64,000 nt of DNA from a virus (taxonomy: Duplodnaviria > Caudoviricetes). The notes beneath the pieces were generated by a model. The model was given only the letters and a program-made list of their open reading frames with translations, searched no databases and was not told the origin of the DNA. The DNA lies in IMG/VR virus record IMGVR_UViG_3300028886_000045; one strand, written 5' to 3'. Positions 56,357 to 63,616 of the stretch are shown here, in pieces; within the stretch, counting starts at the first letter, position 1; the number at the start of each line of letters is the position of its first letter. Position numbers and translations under genes: made by a program.

Positions 56357-57694
56357 TTACTCGCTTTGTTGCGTAACTTTCTTAATCGGACGGATTGGAA
56401 GAGGTGTATAAAAATACCCCTCTGTTGAAAAAACTCCCCATTCGCCAAGTTCTTGTGATACCGAACCCCCAAAACTATCGTTTCCGTCCATCCTCTTTGT
56501 GTGGAATTGCGTGTATTCCGAATCCCATTGATAGTCGATATGTGTTATAGGGAACACTAATTGATTTCCGTTAATCTTTGATGTTACTACAATAACTTCC
56601 ATATCGCTACCTTTGTAGTTTCGTACTTTTTCAAAGGTGCAATTACTTGACAATTCTGCCCACTCGTTCTCGTTTGGTATATCCCATTCGGGATTTCCTA
56701 CTACTTTTGCAGCATTGTAAGCATCGGTTATCTCGTAATTTGCCCACTTATCCTCATACGCGCCCTTATCTTGTTGCCCCCATATTATGCGCGACCATGT
56801 TTCAAAAGGTGATACATGATTCTGTGCTTGTATTGCTTCCAACGATGCGCCTTGATAACCTTGTGTTTCACCGAAATAGTAATAATCCCCTTTCCCTATT
56901 TCTGTTTCAGCACCAAGGTTTTTGTTTGCCCACAAAGTGCCACTTGGTAAGCCCATATCTACAAACAGCATTTCGGTTGGGAATACATACTTTTTGATAG
57001 GACGGATAGGACACGGCAAACTCACGGGGGAGGAGGAGAATGCTGCATAATTAGAATCCCCATCTATCATTGTCGTTTCTATTATATCTTCACCGCCACC
57101 ACCACTCGACCTACAAGGAGACTGATAATATACTACGCCCGTATAATATATGTTACTAAACCAACATGGCATTATCAAAACATTTCCGTTAATTTTTGAT
57201 GTTAGTTTCAAACCCTTGTTGTTTACAATACCATTACGACCGTTGATTTCGATAATTTCCATATCAGAATTATCTACCAATTCAGAGAAATCACTATGCT
57301 TCGGAATATCAAAGCCGTTTCCCATAATGACCTTTACGGCATTATTCTTGTCTGTAATCTTGTTATTTTCATAGTTTCCTTCCTCACTACCCCACCATCC
57401 ACTCTCATACGATTGTGGCTTGTAGTCTTCGTTTATCTTAGCCTCTAATTCCGCGCCTTGATAACCTTGTGTTTCACCGAAATAGAACCTATCGCCCGTG
57501 TCGGCTTCATCTTCTGCACCAAGGTTTACTTTCGCCCATAGCGTTCCACTTGGTAAACCCATATCCACAAAAGTGTCCAACAATGGGTCTCCATCAAGGT
57601 AAACGATTTTGTTCTCCCCCTTGACGAATGCCACTACAACCGTACCTTGTTGTACGATGTTTGCCCTCGCTTTTACTTCTTGTATATACTTCAT
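56357..57694 (-). CDS. Protein with two tandem VDMGLPSGTLWA (Fib_succ_major/DUF1566 C-lectin-like) domains
   Basis: Motif occurs twice and each domain ends PIRPIKK; identical 30-bp DNA at about 56850 and 57457. Confidence 0.75.
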   Translation of the reverse strand: MKYIQEVKARANIVQQGTVVVAFVKGENKIVYLDGDPLLDTFVDMGLPSGTLWAKVNLGAEDEADTGDRFYFGETQGYQGAELEAKINEDYKPQSYESGWWGSEEGNYENNKITDKNNAVKVIMGNGFDIPKHSDFSELVDNSDMEIIEINGRNGIVNNKGLKLTSKINGNVLIMPCWFSNIYYTGVVYYQSPCRSSGGGGEDIIETTMIDGDSNYAAFSSSPVSLPCPIRPIKKYVFPTEMLFVDMGLPSGTLWANKNLGAETEIGKGDYYYFGETQGYQGASLEAIQAQNHVSPFETWSRIIWGQQDKGAYEDKWANYEITDAYNAAKVVGNPEWDIPNENEWAELSSNCTFEKVRNYKGSDMEVIVVTSKINGNQLVFPITHIDYQWDSEYTQFHTKRMDGNDSFGGSVSQELGEWGVFSTEGYFYTPLPIRPIKKVTQQSE

Positions 57695-57715
57695 AGTCTT
57701 GTTCCTTTTAACGAA

Positions 57716-58045
57716 TTAACCTTTTGAACCGCTTGCACGCCTTACACCGCCCATGTAGGTACTGCGTGAATATTGCTTTTCAAGCGTTCTTTCGTATAAA
57801 GCATCTTGCTCCCCTATTGGTTTTCCCTTTGCTTGTGCGAGCATGGCTTCATACGCCTTTTTATAAGAAGGGGAATTTTGAATGTTTTTGGCATACCTTT
57901 CAGTAATACCCATTACCCTTTGCGCCCTATTCCTAAACTCTTCACTACTTATCTTTTTGGCATCCGCTAACGCCTCATTACGTTCACGGATTCGGAACTC
58001 TTGGTTTGCCAAATCGCTAATACTTTTTGTCCTTCCCTTTGCCAT
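57716..58045 (-). CDS. Small basic protein with C-terminal QYSRSTYMGGVRRASGSKG
   Basis: ORF track; paralog of 58058 and 58553. Confidence 0.85.
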   Translation of the reverse strand: MAKGRTKSISDLANQEFRIRERNEALADAKKISSEEFRNRAQRVMGITERYAKNIQNSPSYKKAYEAMLAQAKGKPIGEQDALYERTLEKQYSRSTYMGGVRRASGSKG

Positions 58046-58057
58046 AACCTATTTTTT

Positions 58058-58402
58058 TTAACCTTTAGAACCACTTGCACGCCTAACGCCACCCATGTAT
58101 GTTGAGCGCGAATATTGGCGTGTTGAAGCCTTTTGTATGTCACGCGCCATAGCACGCAACCTTTCCCTATAATCACCGCTTGCATTATTGCGATTAAAGA
58201 AAGCGTTCTTCGTCTTTTGGTACGAAGGTGTGCTTTCTATATTCCGCAAATACCTATCACCCGTCCGCGCTATCCTTTCCGTGCGCGTCCTAAATGTTTC
58301 TTCGCTTATCTTTCCGCTATCCCTTAATGCAGTAGCCGTATTATAAGCACGTTGATATTGGTTGTATATCTGCTCTGCGGATTTCGTTCTTTGCTTTGCC
58401 AT
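58058..58402 (-). CDS. Small basic protein with C-terminal QYSRSTYMGGVRRASGSKG
   Basis: ORF track. Confidence 0.85.
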   Translation of the reverse strand: MAKQRTKSAEQIYNQYQRAYNTATALRDSGKISEETFRTRTERIARTGDRYLRNIESTPSYQKTKNAFFNRNNASGDYRERLRAMARDIQKASTRQYSRSTYMGGVRRASGSKG

Positions 58403-58405
58403 ATC

Positions 58406-58537
58406 TTAACCTTTTCCACCACTTGCGCGTCTGATTCCACCCATTGCGCCACCATTAAACGCCCTATCACCTAACGCCCTTCTTACATTTCCGCTATATG
58501 CCCTACGGAAATATGCCATTCTCATATCTGTACGCAT
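58406..58537 (-). CDS. 43-aa peptide ending MGGIRRASGGKG (absent from the ORF track)
   Basis: Manual translation MRTDMRMAYFRRAYSGNVRRALGDRAFNGGAMGGIRRASGGKG*. Confidence 0.75.
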   Translation of the reverse strand: MRTDMRMAYFRRAYSGNVRRALGDRAFNGGAMGGIRRASGGKG

Positions 58538-58552
58538 ACCCTAACCCTTTCT

Positions 58553-58894
58553 TTATCCTTTGCCACCACTTGCACGCCTTACACCGCCCATATAGGTGGA
58601 ACGTGAGTATTGACGAGCGTCATTTTTTTCTATATATGGTTTATCTGCTTCAATCAACGACATTCCTGTCAAATGTGCATTCGCCTTATCCATCCTTTTG
58701 ACGGTATTCTGATAGGAAGGGGTTTGGCTGATATTATGCGCATATTTCGCCTCTAACCTTGACGCAGTTTCCTTTCGCGTGTCATATTGCCGACTGTTAT
58801 ATCTTCCTTGTGCCAATCCTTCTTGTGCCAAACTCTGAATACGGATAAATTGATTGTATAAATCGTTAATGCTTTTTGTTTTTTGTTTTGCCAT
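58553..58894 (-). CDS. Small basic protein with C-terminal QYSRSTYMGGVRRASGGKG
   Basis: ORF track; promoter at 58926. Confidence 0.85.
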   Translation of the reverse strand: MAKQKTKSINDLYNQFIRIQSLAQEGLAQGRYNSRQYDTRKETASRLEAKYAHNISQTPSYQNTVKRMDKANAHLTGMSLIEADKPYIEKNDARQYSRSTYMGGVRRASGGKG

Positions 58895-59064
58895 ATTGGT
58901 ATATTTTTTTATTGATTATTTTTTGCAAAGATAATACATTTCCGTTTCTTTGCTTATTGTATTTTTGCTTTCTTAATCACTTGAAACACAATGAAGAAAT
59001 ACAAACAAAGAAAACCGCCTATCAAATGATAAACGGCTTTCGTAATAACAAACACATATATATA

Positions 59065-59949
59065 CTATTCACTTTCTTCTTCTGAAAATGCGTCATAGTC
59101 ACCATCAATGTCTATAATATCCACCCTTTCCAACATATACGATGCTTGAAGGGTCTTTTCCATTGGGTCGCGGTGCATTTGCTCCATAAACGCCATTTTC
59201 TCAGAGGGGGAGTTGAAACTAAGGATAACGTAACTAAGCATACCCCCATCATTTTCCAAATCGCTTTTGTTGTTTATCCTTTCCTTGATTTTTGCGACTT
59301 CGTTGTGTCTTGCAAGTTGGTTTTCTTCTGTATCTTCGTAGAAATCCACTTTGCGGTTTATCTTCGTGTTTTCTTCTGTTTCTTTGGTCTGCTTATCAAC
59401 CTCTGCAAGTTCCTTGTTTTCCTTTGTCACGTCTTCTTTGCGCCATTGCCTTTCTTCTTTCGGCTTTTCTTCTGCGTCCACTTTCGAGCGTGCCTCCTCT
59501 TCTGCCAAATCCACGACTTCCAAGCCAAGCATTTCCATATCGAAATCGTCAAAGCCCGCGCTCTTGTAGTCTATATCCGACAACATTTCCCTTAACATAT
59601 CATCGTCATATTCACCTTGCGCCTTTCTGTTGTTCATGAAAAGGTTTTGTTCCTTTTCCGTCTGCAAGTCCAACTCTACGACATCAACCCTTAACATATA
59701 GTCGGTTTCCAAGTCGTTCTCGTCATACTTGTTTACCTCGTCCAATATGCTTACTTTCTGATGCCCCGAAACAATATTTCCCGTGGTCTTGTTATAGACA
59801 ATTCCACCCATAACGCCAACCTTTTTCAAGTTAGCCTTCAGTAGTTTGCGCGATTCTTCGCTTATCTTTCGTGGGTTGTATTCCGCTAAGTGTATCTCAC
59901 TCCTCTTGATTTCAACACTTTGCGCTTGCTTTATCTTGCTTTGCTTCAT
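59065..59949 (-). CDS. ParB N-terminal domain protein
   Basis: LAEYNPRKIS...LKKVG.MGGIVYNKTTGNIVSGHQ. Confidence 0.85.
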   Translation of the reverse strand: MKQSKIKQAQSVEIKRSEIHLAEYNPRKISEESRKLLKANLKKVGVMGGIVYNKTTGNIVSGHQKVSILDEVNKYDENDLETDYMLRVDVVELDLQTEKEQNLFMNNRKAQGEYDDDMLREMLSDIDYKSAGFDDFDMEMLGLEVVDLAEEEARSKVDAEEKPKEERQWRKEDVTKENKELAEVDKQTKETEENTKINRKVDFYEDTEENQLARHNEVAKIKERINNKSDLENDGGMLSYVILSFNSPSEKMAFMEQMHRDPMEKTLQASYMLERVDIIDIDGDYDAFSEEESE

Positions 59950-60640
59950 AGTCTGCTATTATTTTGATGCTATACGGAAACTGCTTAATCATACGCGCGT
60001 AATCATTCGGAAACTTTTCGCGCATTACCAACATAGTATCTAAGTCTATACCAAAGCCTTGTGATACCATATTGGGATTATAGACAAACGGCTTTATAAG
60101 ATTTCGCGATTGTATATACTGCAACACTTCTTTGTTTGTCCACACCGCCAAAGGATAAACCATACCCTCCTTCCTTATGTACCCCGTCTTTGCGTACATC
60201 TTCAACCGCATACGCTTCATATAGCCATCAACACCCTTCATGCCACTAAACGCATAGTGCTGTCCGCTATCGTTCCTTACCCATTCCTCAACCTCGCCAA
60301 CACTTCTTTCCCTTTTGTGGTTTGGGTCTTTCTTTGGCAGTTTGTACCTATCGTCTTCATCCATGAAGAAACCGAACTTCTCAAACGCATCCGCTTGATA
60401 GTGCTTTATCTGCCTAACTTCGACATTGCCGTAACTTTCTGCCCACTTGATATAAGGCTGAACGTGGTCTAAATTGGGAACGAGGTACATATAATAGCAA
60501 ATAACCTTATTGAAACGTGTTGCCAACATATCCAATAAGGCTATGCCATCTTTGCCACCCGCAGAATAGAACAAAACGGCTGTGTCCGTTTCCTTGCGGA
60601 CGGTGTTTATTATCGCTATCGTATCAGCAAACTTTCCCAT
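59912..60640 (-). CDS. PAPS-reductase-like PP-loop (adenine nucleotide alpha hydrolase) protein
   Basis: VLFYSAGGKDG, GMKGVD...RM, YPLAVWTNKEV. Confidence 0.8.
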   Translation of the reverse strand: MGKFADTIAIINTVRKETDTAVLFYSAGGKDGIALLDMLATRFNKVICYYMYLVPNLDHVQPYIKWAESYGNVEVRQIKHYQADAFEKFGFFMDEDDRYKLPKKDPNHKRERSVGEVEEWVRNDSGQHYAFSGMKGVDGYMKRMRLKMYAKTGYIRKEGMVYPLAVWTNKEVLQYIQSRNLIKPFVYNPNMVSQGFGIDLDTMLVMREKFPNDYARMIKQFPYSIKIIADYEAKQDKASAKC

Positions 60641-60643
60641 ATC

Positions 60644-61312
60644 CTACAATTTTTTCAGATAATCGTAAACCTCATCTATCGCGGAAACGACCTTTTGGGT
60701 CTTTTCCTTATCCATTGCCATATCGTCACGCATATATATACGCTTGTTTAACTCAATCATAAAAGATAGATACTGCTTGCTACATTGTGGGGTTAGGGAG
60801 TTTCCGTAAGGCGTATTAACGCCCACCTTGAAACCATGCTTTCTGAAAATGTCACAAACTGAATCTATAATATTTTCATTCGGCTTGCTCCAATCGTCAT
60901 TATACCCAATACACACATCCACATCGCTCAACTCCTTTGGGAATGAATGGCAATCTACCAATATAGGGTTTTCGGCTTCTGTCAGCGATTTGCTAATCTT
61001 TGCCAAATAATCCTTTCGCGCGTCCAAAAGAAACTTTCGCGTGCTGTTGTTTAGTGGTTTTCTTGTGGCTCTCCCCATATATTCGTATAGGATGCCTTGA
61101 CCCATGCTTTCCATTATGTCATTTTCCAACCTTTCAACATCGCACACGAAACGCGACCAACCGCAAATGTGTGAAATGATGCCTACCCTATCAAAAATGA
61201 CATCGGTAAACCAATCAGTCCACACATTAACGTACTTTATTACTTCTTTACCCCAACCGAAAAGGAAAACGCCCTTATCGCTTGAATGTGGTATATTCAG
61301 TATAATATCCAT
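60644..61312 (-). CDS. N-formylglutamate amidohydrolase family protein
   Basis: IPHS, TDWFTD, SRFVCDVER, DCHSF, DVCIG, NTPY, MIELNKRIY. Confidence 0.85.
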   Translation of the reverse strand: MDIILNIPHSSDKGVFLFGWGKEVIKYVNVWTDWFTDVIFDRVGIISHICGWSRFVCDVERLENDIMESMGQGILYEYMGRATRKPLNNSTRKFLLDARKDYLAKISKSLTEAENPILVDCHSFPKELSDVDVCIGYNDDWSKPNENIIDSVCDIFRKHGFKVGVNTPYGNSLTPQCSKQYLSFMIELNKRIYMRDDMAMDKEKTQKVVSAIDEVYDYLKKL

Positions 61313-61320
61313 TTCTTTGT

Positions 61321-62034
61321 TTAGCCTTTGCTACCCATTGCCCTTCTCGCGCCATTCGCGACACCACCGCTCCGCTCGTTTCTTATTATTTCCGCTAACT
61401 TATCGTTTCGCGCGTTAATCAAGCGGTCATACGCGGGGTCTTCGTTCTTTTCGCCATAGGACTTATAGGTGTCCATTTTGAAATCCTCTTGCTTGGTGTT
61501 TCTTGCTTTTATCAAGGCACTTAAAGACTTTGGCAAAATCATCGCAACCACATTAGGCTCACCATCCCTTGCTTGGTTATACCCAGTGGGTTCAAAATGA
61601 TGATTAAATGGTATATATCCGAAAGCCTTTGCACCAAATTTCGCATACATACTTGGTAAGTTGCTTTTGCCCGTCCCCTCGAAACAATCCAAGGAACGAC
61701 CTCCATTTGCAACCGCGTGCGCCATGATAGTAGCCATGCCACCTTTTACCCCCGAAACATTGTAAACCGAAACCACGTCCCTTCCGTGCAACGCATATCC
61801 GATTTTTCCGTCTTTAGACATAAAGCACCGATATTCGCTTTTGTTCGCATATTCTTTTTGTTCGTGAACATCTACCATCCACCTATTCGCGCTTGGAATA
61901 CTTGCTTTTGCCTTAGATATTGCGTTAAAGAAACGATTTCCGTTTGTTGGTGACAATTCTATATTTGCGTGTTCAATCCCCGCCTTTGTTAAGGCTTTGA
62001 GCACCGCCTTTCCACTTACCGACTTCTTTCTAAC
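61321..62034 (-). CDS. GNAT-like protein with C-terminal GARRAMGSKG; proposed GTT start at 62034 (track start is the GTG at 62004)
   Basis: DVVSVYN...AVANGGRSLDCFE...LPSMYAKFG resembles acetyltransferase motifs; frame open to the GTT 8 nt after GGAGG. Confidence 0.6.
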   Translation of the reverse strand, partial: VRKKSVSGKAVLKALTKAGIEHANIELSPTNGNRFFNAISKAKASIPSANRWMVDVHEQKEYANKSEYRCFMSKDGKIGYALHGRDVVSVYNVSGVKGGMATIMAHAVANGGRSLDCFEGTGKSNLPSMYAKFGAKAFGYIPFNHHFEPTGYNQARDGEPNVVAMILPKSLSALIKARNTKQEDFKMDTYKSYGEKNEDPAYDRLINARNDKLAEIIRNERSGGVANGARRAMGSKG

Positions 62035-62046
62035 TCAGCAACCCTC

Positions 62047-62244
62047 CTATTGACTTATGAAATCAGCATAGTCTTTTGGTGACATCTTATCACCAATCGC
62101 AGTTCTGATTTCCCTATTGGAAACCGCCCCCATTTCATTCTCCAACTCCCTTTTGGTATAAACGGGCTTTCCGTTCTGTTGCATAGACTCCAACTCCTTT
62201 CTGAGTGCGTCCTTATACTTTTCAATCTGCTTTTCTGTTACCAT
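62047..62244 (-). CDS. Hypothetical protein
   Basis: ORF between the ASCH and GNAT-like genes. Confidence 0.7.
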   Translation of the reverse strand: MVTEKQIEKYKDALRKELESMQQNGKPVYTKRELENEMGAVSNREIRTAIGDKMSPKDYADFISQ

Positions 62245-62256
62245 AACTTACACTTT

Positions 62257-62643
62257 TTACTTGTTTATATTTTCGACATCAAGCACCGCGCCCAAATGAT
62301 ACCACACTTGACTTTCGTAGTATTCAATGCCGTTTTCTTCAAACGTAATATCGTTTCCGTTCTCGTCCACACAGATAACAAACTCCGCGCTTTCCACTTC
62401 CACCAACATACGCGGTGCGTTCTGTCTCCGTCCGTTTATCAGATACAACGCATCATATTCGCGTGGCTTGATTTCCGCGTCCTCATCTTCCATTTCCGCA
62501 ATATACTTGTTTGCATTGCTTGGATATATGTAGCGGTGCTCTACCTTTTGCCTACCTTGCATGATTTCAACGAAATTGTTTCTTGTAATCTGTAAGGTAA
62601 GCACTTTATGATTCTGTGCGTATTCTTTTACTTTTGCGTTCAT
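62257..62643 (-). CDS. ASCH/PUA-like domain protein
   Basis: LTLQITRNNFVEIMQGRQKVEHR...YDALYLING...VEV...YHLGAVL. Confidence 0.75.
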   Translation of the reverse strand: MNAKVKEYAQNHKVLTLQITRNNFVEIMQGRQKVEHRYIYPSNANKYIAEMEDEDAEIKPREYDALYLINGRRQNAPRMLVEVESAEFVICVDENGNDITFEENGIEYYESQVWYHLGAVLDVENINK

Positions 62644-62652
62644 ATTCTTTGT

Positions 62653-62732
62653 TTGTTACGACTTTTTAGGGGTTGTTACGACTTGTTACGAGGGTTGTTA
62701 CGACACAAAACCGTAACAAAAATCGTTACGAC
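62653..62732 (-). repeat. (AA)GTCGTAACAA repeats, 5 direct and 1 inverted, between the tRNA and the ASCH gene
   Basis: Copies at 62653, 62673, 62683, 62695 and 62725; inverted copy at 62712. Confidence 0.85.
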
Positions 62733-62744
62733 CCACCCCCTTTG

Positions 62745-62818
62745 TTGCGGATAAAGGACTCGAACCCTTGACCACTTGCAAGTTAAACAAGTATGCTAAC
62801 CAACTGCACCAATCCGCG
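62745..62818 (-). tRNA. Atypical tRNA with anticodon AAC (Val) and initiator-type acceptor stem (C1xA72)
   Basis: CGCGGAT/ATCCGCA-A, D arm GTGC/GCAT, anticodon arm CTTGT-TTAACTT-GCAAG, T arm AAGGG-TTCGAGT-CCTTT; own promoter at 62828-62859. Confidence 0.85.
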
Positions 62819-62874
62819 ATGTTGGTACAAAGGTACTAATTTTTTCGCGTCCTTACAAAGTTTTACCAACTTTT

Positions 62875-63309
62875 TTATTCACTTTGATATTCGTGCAAAG
62901 CATCCTCAACCATTTGCAAAGCCTTTCCGTGCTTCTTCTGCAAATCGGGGTACTTCACGCCACGCCTATAATTGTGAAGCAAATCATTGTGCTTTACTTT
63001 CAATGCAAGCATATTGTGCGAATCTATGATTTTCTGAACGTAGTCAAAATATCCGATTTCCTTTTTTCTGTGGGTTAGCAATTTTAGGGCTTCAATGCAA
63101 TCCTCAGATATGCCCAACACTCTTAAATCTTCACCGCACACGTTACAGTCTTCCATAACATCATGAAGAATGCCAACAACTTTCTCGTTGTAATTCTCAC
63201 CCATCATGCCAACTGCCAAAGGATGCAGTATATAGGGCTTGTTATCCCTATCATACTGCCCTTCGTGCATTTTGCTTGCATATTCTATGACTTTGAATAT
63301 TGATACCAT
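62875..63309 (-). CDS. HD-domain (p)ppGpp hydrolase-like protein (small alarmone hydrolase/Mesh1-like)
   Basis: HEGQYDR...PYILHPL.V, GILHDVMED, LLTH, VKHNDLLHN. Confidence 0.85.
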   Translation of the reverse strand: MVSIFKVIEYASKMHEGQYDRDNKPYILHPLAVGMMGENYNEKVVGILHDVMEDCNVCGEDLRVLGISEDCIEALKLLTHRKKEIGYFDYVQKIIDSHNMLALKVKHNDLLHNYRRGVKYPDLQKKHGKALQMVEDALHEYQSE

Positions 63310-63311
63310 TT

Positions 63312-63530
63312 CTAACCGATTTTTACATTCTCGTACTCGTCCTTTGAAATCTCAACACCGTAGTTGTAGCAATCGCTTGCAACCTTAGAATTTGTGATTT
63401 CGATTTCATTGCCACCGCTTACCTTGCGCACACACTTGATATATCCCTTTGTCGTGTGCCAATAGTGGCAGTAAACCATTACGTTGTCCTCGTACTTTTT
63501 GTAAATCTCGTAAATAACATTCTTTTTCAT
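63312..63530 (-). CDS. Hypothetical protein
   Basis: First gene after the internal promoter at 63571. Confidence 0.7.
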   Translation of the reverse strand: MKKNVIYEIYKKYEDNVMVYCHYWHTTKGYIKCVRKVSGGNEIEITNSKVASDCYNYGVEISKDEYENVKIG

Positions 63531-63616
63531 ATCTTTGTCGTTTTATAAGGTTTATCTCCTAATTACACTACAAAGGTACAATATTTATTTGAAATTACCA
63601 AATTTCTTAACACTTT

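Noticed and set aside
62032-62049. Read-through fusion of ORF 62047..62244 into the GNAT-like ORF (same frame)
   Set aside because: It would need both a TAG and a TGA suppressed within five codons; initiation after the SD is simpler, though read-through is not formally excluded.
62653-62704. rRNA gene fragment
   Set aside because: Identity to 16S is limited to 12 nt or less per copy, with no flanking rRNA similarity.
62780-62788. Reading the atypical tRNA as an ochre (UUA) suppressor
   Set aside because: The stem register centres the loop on AAC whether or not U31-G39 pairs; UUA would need an implausible shift.
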